64,000 nucleotides of DNA from Octopus vulgaris (GCA_951406725.2 OX597820.1:12896001-12960000); one strand, 5' to 3'; positions 13,427 to 26,550 are shown, counted from the first letter of the stretch. A program made the numbers and translations. Notes: generated by a model from the sequence alone, not told the origin.

Positions 13427-14560
13427 CTCTAGACAGATGGCCTACATAAATTTTGCAATTTGGCTGCAATTGATAAACGAAACCATATTTTGGAGGCATT
13501 TTGTCAGGAGCTGATATTGATTTTAATTAATATCTTCGAAAGATATTTGGATAATTTATTCTAAACAAAGAGTCAGTGAATCAATTTAAAATTGAAAATA
13601 ATGTAGTTGCGTACAATGTCGTAACAGACAGAAACCAGATTGATTGGAACTAAGTTACCTCAATACACTTGGTGTTCTGACCCACAGAGTATCTATTTAC
13701 CCTATATCTCTTTCTCTTTCCACCCATCTACCCTCTATCCCTCGCGCTCTCTCCCTCTCTGTTTATCTGTCTCTCTCTTTCTCTTTCTGTCCCTTTCCTA
13801 TCTCTAGCGCAGAGCCTTCTGCCACTCGTAGCAAGCTAGGGCTGTGTTGCCTAAATTAAACCATCCCGACACGTTCATCTCCCCACCTCCTCTCTCGTTA
13901 CCCATATTTTCACCATTCCCAGACACCATCCACCGCTGCTATTTGTCTCGCTTTCCAGAACGTCAGTCCTCTGAAATTTTCTCTTGGCCCAAGTTTTCCT
14001 GGAATAGCCTACTTTTAGCTATTCACGAAAAATATCAAACGCACATATATCCAAATTTCCTGAACAGATTACGTTCTTGAAGACTAAACACAAAATATCA
14101 GTGAATATAGTCGATATAAAGTAAGAGAAATGAAATTCAACGAGGAAGGCGGTGGTGTGCGTCGGCAACACTAGTTGAGTTAAAATGAGATAGTTTGCGG
14201 CAGTCCAAGCTATAATCGTGAGAAAGAAACCAGAGTTTCTTCTGCATACGCAACTAAACTTGTAGACCCCAGAGCACATCTTACATTTATCTAATTCACT
14301 GAACCACTTCTAGCAGTTCAAATTTAAGTACTTTCGTCAAGGATACAAAACCGTGCAAATTGACAAGCTGTGGAAGGTTTTCGTTCGTCAAGCTAACTAC
14401 TAAATTGTATTCACCTCACTACATCAAGTGTCACACAGGTACATCTTGTACGTTTTGTATATTTTCATTTTCTGAAGATGTAAATGCACCATTGCCACTT
14501 GCACATGTTTCAGAAATGTGTGTTATCTCCCCTCCTTAAAGCATTCTTTCATTTGTAGTT

Positions 14561-14618
<58 letters not shown>

Positions 14619-14762
14619 ACGACACACAACGACCTCCAACACTCAAGTGCAAACAAGGGAGTCAGAGAAAGGCAGAATGCCACTTAAATCTGAACACTAC
14701 TATAGAAATATTCTTTTAAAAAAACTTTTCTTCTAATTTTTCTAAATTTAATTATTTAATCG

Positions 14763-14806
14763 TTACAGTTGAAAAGGTCTCAAAATGACCGAAACCGGTA
14801 CTGAAA
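14763..14806 (+). ncRNA. Minimal type I hammerhead ribozyme, U3-A8 core variant
   Basis: CAG-TTGAAAA-GGTC(TCAAAAT)GACC-GAAA-CCGG-TA-CTG: stem I CAG/CTG, stem II GGTC/GACC, palindromic ACCGGT stem III, GUA site. Lies between two (TA)n tracts. Confidence 0.7.
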
Positions 14807-14852
14807 GATTCACTATAAAATTATCTTAGCATTTTCTATTTTTGACTTGTTT

Positions 14853-14888
<36 letters not shown>

Positions 14889-15816
14889 TCAATTGTACAC
14901 ATCAAAACTTAATTTCAGACAAAAGTGCACTTGATTATATGTGAATTTCAACTAGAAGTCGTGATTTTCATTTCTTCATAATATTCAGGAGATTAGAAAT
15001 CTGAATTTGAAAGTAAAGAATAATTAATATTCATAGAAATGAAAGATTTATTTATTTATTTTGTATATTTTTTTTACGAAGGTCTTAAAATGTCCAATCG
15101 ATAATCGAGATATTGTGATCTACACTAATTGTGCCACTACTGCTAACACTCTGTAGCCGAACTTAAACATTGCAGAAAGATCAGGTGTGGTGGTAATGGC
15201 CGCAATGATTGCCTGTATATTCTGTAGATTATACGCCGATATATCATTGGCAATATTGTTAGATATTATTCCTGTATATTCCTGTATACCTGAGCTAGTG
15301 TAATTTAGATACAAAGCATCATCTTGAAATTGGATTCATTATTTCATTGCTTTATACTTTACCCTCTCGTCCATTTTAATCCTCATGGAATGCAATTTTA
15401 AACAAAATACTAGAAACAACGTAGAAATCAAGACACAAGAATACGACCGTCGTAGTATCAAATGTAAAATGACAGGTATTAGTGGTAGAAGTTAAATATT
15501 CTGCTAAATATAAATAAACTCTGACACTAAAACAGGCTTACATTCACCTAGACTGAACTTACGTAGAACAAGAAAGTAAGAATTTTCGATTAATCAATAG
15601 GAGGAAAATATCACACACCACTTTCCCGCAGTTCATATTACCAATATATTTTATACGTCGAAATCATGGTTCTTTGAAAATATCGAATAAAAATATAGAC
15701 ACAAGAATGGCTTTGTGGTAAGGAAATTGTTTCTAATCGCATAGTTTCATGTCAAATCCCAGTGTTGCACCTTGTGCAAGTCTCTTACATAATACACGTA
15801 ATCGTACAAATTGGAT

Positions 15817-15900
15817 CATCCTTGATTAAGGAGGTGATAGTATTGAGTGAACCTAAGTTCACATTTGCACCAATATGCTCCCAGAAACGGCCGCCGGATG
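15817..15900 (+). ncRNA. Degenerate hammerhead motif, probably inactive
   Basis: CATCC-TTGATTA-A-GGAG...CTCC-CA-GAAA-CGGCCG-CC-GGATG. The 5-bp stem I, stem II and palindromic stem III are present; core positions 8 and 16.1 deviate. Confidence 0.45.
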
Positions 15901-16128
15901 TGAATCCCTGGATGTTATACCTTTAAATGGATATTTTTTATATACCTAGATTTTAAGCAAGTTACAAAAATTTTGGATTTACAATATGTTATATTTTAAT
16001 TTCGCATTTTAATTCGTTTTTAAAAGTAAGTATGACTATTTTCGTACATTTCTAATGTACTTTTAATTTATATTTATATCTATATATTTTTAATGTATTT
16101 TAAAAATATTTTGAGTATATTTTTTATA

Positions 16129-16239
<111 letters not shown>

Positions 16240-16396
16240 TATGTATGTATTTTTAGCACATAATCTGGTACATATGATTTTAAGAAGTGAATAAATTTTG
16301 GTAATTTATCCTTCGTCTCTCTTCACTATTTCTCTATTTTTCTGTTGTCCTGTCACACTGAGCGCTTCGATATGATCTCTATACAAACACAAACAC

Positions 16397-16465
<69 letters not shown>

Positions 16466-17680
16466 CATATAAACACACACAAACATATATATATGCATAC
16501 ATACACACACATATTATATATATTTATATATATATATATATATGCGTGTGTGTATATACATGCATACGTAAGTACACATACCTATGTAGGCTGTATTGAA
16601 ATACAGACGGAAGAGAAAGAGGCCACGGTGGAGATGGTATGTGCATTCGTGAAGACGTCACACTTCTTGTATTCAAACTCAGTTTTACCTTAAATCTCCA
16701 GGGGCTTGAGTACAAAGGTAACGTCACTGCTAACGTCCAAAATAGCAACGTATTCTATTCTGATCCAATGCATTTACTAGAATTGACAACAGGCTTATGT
16801 ACAATTGAAATATAAACGGGCTGGAGGTTAATAGAAACACTACACGTTCGTGAACGTTAACTCTGAAGGTAAATTCCTTTGCATGGACAGATGTGAACAT
16901 ATATAAAGCATTCATGTGTTTGTACCTCTGCTTGTGTTTGTTTCGTGTGTCTGTTTAGATCTTCATGAGTAAGCGTATTACATGTTCACATGTGCAGCCG
17001 TTTGTATGTGCGTGCGTTCAGATTTCCCTGCATGAACAGAACTGATAATTCTCAAGTAAAACTGGATAGTAATTTATGAAGAAACATAAATTCATTTGAG
17101 GCGAGAAGAACAAAAAGTAAATTGCTTACATTTTAGCGAGGAAAAAAAAGAAGTTTCTTGATGGAGAATAAAATGTTTGGATGAGAATAGCCAGCTTTGA
17201 ATAGCATGCAAAAACCTAGAAGCGCTTCAAGAACTGAGAAAATAGAAATTTAACAAGAAGCAATAATGTAAGTGAATGCAATAAAAATATTTAAAAACTT
17301 GCAGGTTAGAGGAATTGTTGAATCAATTTACTGTTCCCTCTGATTGGATTTATATAATATAATTAAGATTTTCTATGAATAGACTTGGGAATTCAAGTGT
17401 AATTTTGTGACAAAAATTCCGTATTCCAAAATTCTCAGCGCAAATGCATTATTCCTTAATTTTTTTTTATCTCTTCCTTTTATTGACATTATGATATTCT
17501 CATCAAGTTTAAAAAGATAAACGAGAGAAGGTTAAAAAGAAAAGACAAAACTATAAAAACAGTGCCAGACAGAAGAGAGCGCGCGTCAGATGATTAACTT
17601 AATGCTTCACAAATTAATCTCAGTTAAAATTGGAAGTTAGAAACAGGAAAAATACAGACTGAAAAAGTTGGCATCTATAT

Positions 17681-18010
17681 GGCTGCGTGGTAAGATGTTT
17701 ACTTCCAAACGACGTGGCTTCGAGGTTAGTTCCACTGTGTGGCACCTTGTGTGAGAGTCTTATACTGTAGACTCGGGATGAGCAAAGCCTTGCGAGTGGA
17801 TTTGAAATATGGAAAATTAAAAAAGCTCCTTGTACATACGTGTGTGTGTTTGTGTGTGTGCTTGGGTCTGTTTCTACTGTTTGACAACCGGGGATGCCTT
17901 ATTTATCTCCCTTAATTAAATAGCTAAGTGAAAGAGGAAGATAAAATAAGTACCAGACTTTAAAAAAAACATATACGCGGCGCCAATGACTGAAACAAGT
18001 AAAATATAAA
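17681..18010 (+). mobile_element. Degenerate SINE family A
   Basis: GGCTGCGTGGTAAG...CCACTGTGTGGCACCTTG...CAAAGCCTTGCGAGTGGATTTG...ATGACTGAAACAAGTAAAA. Confidence 0.75.
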
Positions 18011-20659
18011 AGGTAAGAACAAAAAATATGTTGCAGATACATCTGTTGTACAAGTACAATTATCAACCGGTTAAAATTACGAGCAACAAAAAGTAGAAAT
18101 TTAAGAAATGGGTGGGGGATTAAAATTTTGAAATATGTTTTTTTTTAATTTATTAGATTCGGAATCTCCGCCATCGATATAGTTTGTTCCCGTAAAAAAA
18201 AATATAATAAAATCCCAAAGGGGTCCATGATCTTTACCTCCGCCAACTCCTCTGTACGTGGTTGATTTTAATGACATGGATATTAAATTTTAATTGAAAA
18301 TATTCAAGGAAAATGCACCAAACCCTCCATGGTAACTCGGGTAAATACCGGAAGCATTTTACGGTTATTAAATAGTGGAGTAAACAATGGTGCGCACTTG
18401 ATGGACACTTGATATGCACTCGATGCACACTTGGCTCCCGAATGATTACTAAAAATATTTTTCGAGGAGCTAATTGATGTAGAAATTAATTCAGGATGCC
18501 TTCATTATAATTTAACTTGGGTATTGGTGTAATAGTAGCAATAACTGTGAATAACAGTGAATATACGAATGAGGAATACATTTTCTGCGTACATTTAATT
18601 GGCAAACTGACTAACGAATACAATATATTCAACATGCATATTATTAATTTGTATTACAAAATTATAAATATAATTATGAATTAAGATCATTTGGAACTAT
18701 ACACTATCTTGCATCACATTTGATATTGTTTTTCCTAATTTTGAATATCTCGAGAAAATCCTTCTCATTAAACATATTTTATCAATTAGCTCTATACCAA
18801 ATTTATCAAGAAGATCTATACACGTTACGTAAGTCTTAAGTAACGTATTGTACCGATATATTTGTTAACGAGTGATATCTCTATGTGGACGAACGAACTG
18901 CGAGAAACAGGAGTCACAAAACTTCTACGCTATAAAAAAGAAGTACATATTGAATGTTGCATATACATGTACTCTGTATTTATGTATATATGTTTAAGTG
19001 TGTATGTGTGTTCTTTCAGTCATTTAAAATTTTTATACCTTTACATACAAATGCATATTTACACATCGTCACATACACACACATACATTAAGACATTTAC
19101 ACATATTCATAAACACTAATGACTTTTCTATAATTAGGAATGCTATTTCAATTAATTAAAAATTGTTTTCGTTTCACCACGCGAAATTAGCTACATAGAT
19201 GTCTGTAAGTATAATTATTTCATATACATACATTCCCTCACTCACACACACACACGCACATATGATAAATGTATACAATGAGAGAGATAGAAGAGACAGA
19301 GTTGAGTGAAGTGTGTGTGTGTGTGTGTGTGAGTGCATTTATGGATCACTGTGAGTATATGATAAATGCCGAGTTGGTCCGTCTATAGAAAATATGTGAA
19401 TTGTAAGCTAAAAGCAATTTATAGATTGATCTTAGAGACGCTAAAATGTTGACTGGAAGAAACTTTAATACATTCCTACAGCAGATGAGTAATATAAATT
19501 AATTAAAACTGTGTTCGTTAAACTAACTTCAGCTCATAATTTTTTTTCATTTATAAAGTTGACATTTTCCTCATTGTTTTAGGTCATTTCTTTTTTCCTA
19601 CTGGAAAAAGAAACATTATGATGATTAATATATTTTGAAAGTGTGGCGACGCAGCATGTGAACGTCTTTATTACAAAAATACAGATGCAAATGAAGTTGT
19701 ACATTGGACATAGAAGCTGAAATAATATGAGAAGACAAAGAAACTTGTTTTCAAAATGGTTTACCCGTGAAATGTGCAGTTACAATCAGTTCTGAAATCA
19801 CGCATCGTCGAACAACTATCATAAGCATAGAAATAATGTAAAATATCATCAATAAAAATACAATAAAAATACATGAGTTTCAATGTCTGCAACAGCAGTG
19901 AATATATCCGACGTCTAAAACGGTAGCAAATGAATAACTTCAATGTCCACAATAAGAAGAAGAAAATGAGAAATCAAACGAGTAGCAAAACTAGACTGCA
20001 AGACACTAATAATTTCCCCTGTTAGAAGACGGCCTCAACTATTGAAGAGAAACATTGAGTCAATCTCAAAGGTCTCAGAGTGCAAACAACATTACTAGTC
20101 GAAGCTCCTGCCTCTAGCTCATCTCCGTCTCAAGTAAAAAATATATATAGACGACGTGTATAGTCGACTGAAATTAAATTACCTCAGTACAGGAAGCAAC
20201 AAGCTCGCTTGCTATGCCACATTGCGGAAATATTTATAGAATTTATGTGCTTCTGGCTGATTTCAAAATGACATCAAGAAAAAAGTTGCAACGCATTGAT
20301 CTATGCTTGTGGTTTGTCAAATGTTGCTCTCGGAATATCAGTAATGCGAAATGTCACCTTTCAGTAAGTAAATCACCATCCCAGTGGTGCAATGTGCATT
20401 GTGTGTGGTTATTATATTTTGTATATCTAACACAGTCCAATGCATAGAAATAAATATACATTGATAATAACAATAAATAAATAAACATTTGATGGATGGA
20501 TGATGCAATTCAAGTATATAACACAGAACAGAAAATATAAGAAATAAAGCATTTTATATCCTTGCTTATTCATTCGTTGAGCAGAAGTCCATGGATCGCA
20601 ATTCTGCTCTGCTAATAAATGGTAACAGCTTTGAATAATTATACATTGCAACTGGTGGG

Positions 20660-20960
20660 AAGGTGGCAGAATCATTGGCACGTCGGGCGAAATGCTTAGC
20701 GGCATTTCGTCTGCCATTACGTTCTGAGTTCAAATTCTGCCGAGGTCGACTTCGCCTTTCATCCTTTCGGGGTCGATAAATTAAGTACCAGTTACACCCT
20801 GGGGTCGATGTAATTGACTTAATCTCTTTGTGAGTCCTTCTTTGTCCCCTCTATATTTAGCCCCTTGTGGGCAATAAAGAAATAAGAATGATTGGCACGT
20901 CGGCAGAAATGCTTTAGGGTTATCTGCCAATTCTCTATATTCCGAGTTCAAATCCAACTT
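20660..20960 (+). mobile_element. MetaSINE family B (long tail) nested in an older family B copy
   Basis: Full body and tail end near 20885; AGAAT(C/G)ATTGGCACGTCGG then recurs and a more diverged family B head continues. Confidence 0.75.
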
Positions 20961-22099
20961 GCCAGAAGACAACGGAAAACCACTCCCGTCTTTTATCCCA
21001 AATGTAGTTATGGTAACCAATCTACTTAACGGTGGAAGCGGAGGGTAAGGACCATCGTAGGTCGTATAGAGATTGCGGGAGAAGCTTTACATGCACGTGA
21101 CCTCCCCAAGGATAGATCACCACTAGAAATCGTATCTAAGTTGTCTACAAATATATCAACCATACAAATGTATATGCAACAGAAAAGTAGTCACCAACTG
21201 ACCGGGGTACACCTAGACTTATGTTGTGTAGTGGACAGAGACAACAGAAATCTTTCGCTTTGTATATAGGATCCGGCGAAAAATTGTCATCACTAGTACT
21301 TCCAGACTTTGCCCAAGGAATGATGTAGGGCAGAATAGCGCCTTTATGACTTGTCCCAGGAACTTGTAACTGCTGATTTGAATCTTTGTCAGATCAACTT
21401 TTCTTTTAAGATTTCTAACATCAATATATTATCGAACCAATCAGGATTTGGGATAAATCTAAATGAATGCCATAAATGTGGTGTTTTATTTCTTATACTA
21501 GAAATCGATATATATTTTTTTTAACAAGGTGATTGATTGGAAAAATCCATAGAGTGACAGAGAAAATAACTAATGGTATTTACTTTCCCACTTTAATCTC
21601 TGATTTCAAATTCATACGACTTTACCCTTTCATTTCAAATTCATGCATTTGGTTCTACTGTGTGGAAATATATATTAGTTGAGTTCTGAAATATATCTAA
21701 TTGTCTTTTTTTCTTCTCTGCATTTCAAATATTCTGCCTACGTGAAAACAAAAATATTGAAGTTAAATGTTACTAAGTTCCACTTTGACTTTCATCATTG
21801 CTGGATCGATCAGGCCATTTGCATACAATTTGCATTCGTATACTTGTTTGAATTCAACATTCCTTTGTTACGTGACAATGTTTGACTCGGCAAAATTTGA
21901 ACTCAGTACGTAGCAGAACAAAGCTAAATGCTCTGAAATATTTGGTAATCTAAGACTTATAGTTTTTGTTATGTCAATTTAAACAGGTGAAAATTATACA
22001 AAATACCACTCTCTAGAATACCCCCACCCCAAATCAGACTGTAAAAAAAAACGCAATGTAGAGAGTTGCTTGATATTGTATATACTTCTTTGATAGTTA

Positions 22100-22332
22100 T
22101 CTATTTTTTACTACCCACAAGGGGCTAAACACTGAGAAGACAAACAAGGACAGACGGACGGATTAAGTCGATTACATCGACCCCAGTGCGTAACTGGTAC
22201 TTAATTTATCGACCCCGGAAGGATAAAAGGTAAAGTCGACCTCGGCGGAATTTGAAATCCGAACGTAACGGCAGACGAAATACGGCTAAGCATTTCGCCC
22301 GGCGCGCTAACGTTTCTCCCAGCTCGCCGCCA
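22100..22332 (-). mobile_element. MetaSINE family B, full length; 3' part of the tRNA-SINE chimera
   Basis: GGCGGCGAGCTGGGAGAAACGTTAGC head, Meta domain, tail TTGTGGGTAGTAAAAAATAGA. Confidence 0.9.
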
Positions 22333-22342
22333 TCGTTAACGT

Positions 22343-22414
22343 CTCCCCGGTGGGGTATCGAACCCCGGTCTCCCGCGTGACAGGCGGGGATACTTACCAT
22401 TATACTACCAAGGA
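22343..22414 (-). tRNA. tRNA-Asp (GUC), probably a retroposed copy
   Basis: 72 nt TCCTTGGTAGTATAATGGTAAGTATCCCCGCCTGTCACGCGGGAGACCGGGGTTCGATACCCCACCGGGGAG, close to canonical metazoan tRNA-Asp; acceptor stem has two G-U pairs, T stem has one C-A mismatch; no encoded CCA and no adjacent oligo-T terminator. Confidence 0.9.
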
Positions 22415-22799
22415 CCGACACTTCTTTGATAGTTAACGATGATTTGGTTTGCTCCAATAGTGTTGTTTGGGGTTCGTATTCAACTACAAGTTCTTACTTT
22501 CATTGCTGCTTTTCTAATCGCTGTTTCGATTTGTGCTCTTGCCGTATTTTAGTTGACGACTTGTTGATATATTTCTCAGTATTTTCACATAAGCGTATGA
22601 TTTATGCTCATATTCTGGTTAATATTATACTATTATCTTATGATACGTATTGTAGTTATGACACCTATCGCTGTTTATTTTTGCGGCATTTGTATACACA
22701 CTGCCATTATGTTTTAACGTATTATGTTGTTTTACAAATTTGGCAGCTCTCTTATTTTTCCTGAAAATCAACTTATTTGATGTCGTTTATCGATAATTT

Positions 22800-23565
22800 C
22801 TTCCGTGTATGATGCTATTACGGTTACATCGTGACAATAATAGCATCTTAGTCAAGTCCATGTTCGAGCTACCTACAACTGAAATTATCTGAGATGCACC
22901 GAATATGAAGAAGGCTTTTGGCTCACATTCATTCACTGAATGTGGGTTTATGTCGAACAGTTGTTATCTTGTAACTGATGCTCCAGTTTGTCTTACTGAG
23001 TCTAACTTTAGTACAAACCACAAGAAAAAAACTGCATTGTCTTCTTTTGTATCTGGAAGCCATGAGAGAGGAAGTTTTTCGGTGGAAGCACTTAAATCCT
23101 TTGACAACAGACCTCTGTTTTTTTGTCAAGATTTCAGTACCATTTGAGAGGAAAGTAAAGATACAGAGAGAGGGGCTGCTTTCAGTAAATATTAGGAAAA
23201 AGAATGAGAGGGGCAAAATTAGCGAAGTTAAATGGGTGCAGACTAATTATTCAACCATACGCTAACACTTAGAGAAGGCAAATGTGTTTGCTCTATCAGA
23301 GTAATCCGAGTTGCGTAGGTGTGTCATTGTCCTCTATCATTTTGGAAACTCTTTCCTTCTTCTTATTTTTGTTCTGTGCTGTTAGAGATATACATTCTTA
23401 AATGGGCTGTTAGAGATATACATTATTAAATATTCATTAAATTGACCTTACTGTTATTATTTTAAATCATCATTTTACTCGATCTAATTCCCCAACTGTT
23501 TCTTGTTTGTTGTCTGCTATTATCTCCACCATCTTGAACACGTGTGGCAAATAAACGATATTATT
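22800..23565 (+). mobile_element. 5'-truncated, decayed L1/Tx1-like LINE (ORF2 C-terminus plus 3' UTR)
   Basis: Fragments WVYVEQLLS, FQYHL and RKVKIQRE; the first matches VYVEHLFS in the element at 55.5 kb. T-rich 3' UTR ends GGCAAATAAA...TATTATTATT. Confidence 0.6.
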
Positions 23566-24585
23566 ATTTTTATATTGTAAATGCTATTTTAACTTTCCCA
23601 ATCAAATTACCTGCTGTAAACCTGAAGGATTTTTTAATGATTTTTAGTGGTAACGGTGCCAAACAATAACGACACCAAGAGTAATACACAATAACAAAGC
23701 AAATAAAAATAATGATGATGAGGAGGACAATAATGGTAAAAATAATGATAATAATAATGATAATAAGAAGAATAAGAAGAAGAAAATTAAAGATGGTATT
23801 TTGATTTGGGACTGGCAATGGAAATAACAATCGATTCATTCAATGGACACATTATTGATTAAACCATTTTTTGATTGCCAATCAAAATCAACAGCGAAAT
23901 GATGACGCCATTGAAAACAACGATGCCGGTACCAACTTTGAAAGAACTGAAATTCTCAAGATAACATCAGGATAATTAATGAGAAATCGTAGGAGGTTTG
24001 ATCAATAAAATGCGGAGTCAGTTTAGTGTTTAGAAAAACAAAACAAAGAAGTAGAAGTTGAAAAAAAAACTGAAATGAAGATGATGATGACGAAGGGAGG
24101 AATTTAAATTGAAAATGGACTGTGCCATTTATTATGAATTGGCAGTAACATCAATTAAAAAAGAAAACAGGAGTAAATTTTTGAAAATTAACCTCAGGTG
24201 TAAGAACTGATCTTTTTTTTTTCTTTTACTTGTGCCTTTTTAGAATCAATATATTTACGCTAAATTGGACTTTATTAATATTTTTCCTTTTGATTACATT
24301 CGATGAAATAAAATTACATACGTTATATTGAACTTGTTAATTCTTATAATATAGACGTTATCAATACAGCATCGAAGAAATATCACAATAACTCCAAAAT
24401 AAAAACACATTTAGTTGCGAAAATGGCGCAGAATTCAAATTCCAATGTGTAGCCGACGTCTATTTGTTTATGAATTATCTCAAACGAAATCAAAAACGAT
24501 ATTGATTATTATGTCAAATAAAGTAGGCGAAAGAAAACTTGTTAATCGCTAAATAAGACGTCTAATCTCGTTTTTTTATATTGTA

Positions 24586-24875
24586 TTTGTTTCAGTCATT
24601 AGAATGCGGCCATTCTGGGGCACCACTTGGAAGAGTTTTAGACGAGCAAATCGGCACCAGTATTTATTTTTCAGAGTGCGGTTCTTAATATGTCGATCTT
24701 ATTTGCTGAATTACTAGTTTACGGAATGTAAATAAACCAACACCGAATCTCAATCGGTAAAAGAAAAGGATCTTTATCTTTTGACCGACAGATTTTAAAA
24801 ATAATTTTTTGTAACTAAACACTTCCAAACTTCGGACACTGGTAGAATGTGTCATATAAAACATCTTTTATTCAT

Positions 24876-24954
<79 letters not shown>

Positions 24955-25125
24955 CACACATACATACATGCGGCAGTATTTCCCTTTTCGTCTACTACAT
25001 TCTCTTATTAGGCTTTGACTTTTCCTAAGGCTATAAGAAAAGACACACACACAAAGTATCACGCATTGGAACTATACCCCAAAACCACCTGACTGGAGAG
25101 CAAGTTTCTCACCACACAGCCACGT
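24586..25125 (-). mobile_element. Degenerate SINE family A with internal microsatellite or insert
   Basis: TGTTTCAGTCATTAGAATGCGGCCAT at the left end; CCACACAGCCAC head at the right end. Confidence 0.6.
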
Positions 25126-25389
25126 CTTTGGAATAACTTTGTTTTCCCACCACTGTGGAGCAGCCTGGTTGTAGGTGGTTTCTATAACTTGTTCATCCAA
25201 GTGTAAAACTCCGCAGTAGAAGCTGCGGTAGCATCACGTTTCTAATATCTGTATTTTCCTGAAAAATTCGACGCTTTGCATTCATACAGCAAGATGGAAA
25301 ATACCAGTTCATGCAGGAGTTTAATTATTTTGTTCTACAATGTATCGTCGTCTTTGGCTGATGTTGACTGCTCTATTCAGGAACAAAAT

Positions 25390-25625
25390 ACCTATTTCTT
25401 TACTACCCACGAGGGGCTAAACACAAAGGGGAAAAACAGGGACAGACAAACGGATTAAGTCAATTATATGGACCCCAGTGCGTAACTGGTACTTATTTAA
25501 TCGACCCCGAAAGGATGAAAGGCAAAGTCGACCTCGGCGGAATTTGAACTCAGAACGTAGCGGCAGACGAAATACCGCTAAGCATTTCGCCCGGCATGCT
25601 AACGTTTCTGCCAAATCGCCACCTT
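25390..25625 (-). mobile_element. MetaSINE family B, long tail
   Basis: Near-identical to 22100-22332 and 49164-49395. Confidence 0.9.
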
Positions 25626-26227
25626 CGACGGTAAGGAGTTTGTGTTGTCCCACCCCACTCACCTCACTGCCTCTCTGGTCCATCACATGAAGTATCAAGT
25701 GGTATAGAAGAGTGCAATGTGTATGGTCGATGTTGAGGCTGCCCAGCAGCAGAAGATGGTTTTCTAGTTGATGCTCAGCCGCTGTCTGATGGTACAGCAA
25801 AGCCATTGTCCAAATGCAACGTCCTGGTGCCCTCGTCTTTGCTGTTTCACTGGCGTGGAAGGCTGAAGATTTGCTAGTAATTGCCCAAGATGCCAACCCA
25901 GTCTACAGACGGGTAAGGCGATATACTTTCCCCTTTTCAGCCTGCCACTGATGTGGGCGCTTTGACTTACCGATATGTTTTTGACAATATATATTGTAAT
26001 CATATATCATACACACACACTCACAAGGTAGGAGAGAAACGAAAAATGTGGTACTCAACATATTTAGGAGTTACATATGATATTATTTAAAGCATGCGAC
26101 CTATAGTTTCGCAGACTGCCAACAGAAACTAGATATATTCAGGCTTACATTTTGTGTGTGTGTGTGTATTAGATTCATAAACGGGATGTCACACAAAGAG
26201 AGATATTATATATATATATATATAGTC

Positions 26228-26550
26228 GCAGGCGTGGCTGTGTGGTAACAAGCTAAGCTTGCTTCCTAATCACATGGTTCCTGGTGCAGCCCCACGGGCA
26301 AGTGTCTTCTACTATAGCCTTGAGTCGACCAAAGCCTTATATTAGCTTGTCTATATTTGTCCTCCTACCATCGCTTGACAAACGACGTTGGTATGTTTAC
26401 ATCTCCGTAACCTAGAGGTTCGGCCAAAGAGGTCGATAGAATATGTTCTAGGCTTACAAGGAATAAGTCTAGGGGTCGATTTGTTCGACTAAAGGCTGTG
26501 CTGCTGCATGGCCGCAAGCAGATGCCTGAAACCAGTAAAAGAATAAAAGA
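26228..26550 (+). mobile_element. SINE family A with internal deletion
   Basis: GCAGGCGTGGCTGTGTGGTAA head; GAAACCAGTAAAAGAATAAAAGA tail. Confidence 0.8.

Noticed and set aside
14465-14530. CTGAAGA...GAAATGTGTGTT
   Set aside because: Weak stem II and no stem I; at best a decayed motif.
15120-15314. 64-aa protein-like ORF on the minus strand
   Set aside because: No recognisable domain, stops immediately upstream, and no convincing splice pair.
20962-21370. Possible RTE 5' UTR fragment (GACAACGGAAAACCACTCC)
   Set aside because: Only one short motif resembles RTE UTRs; no coding support.
25630-25930. GC-richer tract inside ORF 25417-25896
   Set aside because: The ORF reads through a SINE; the remainder may be a LINE 3' relic but has no diagnostic motif.
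26085-26150. Minus-strand CTGAATA...GAAACTATAGGTC
   Set aside because: G8 lost without compensation and the stems do not pair.
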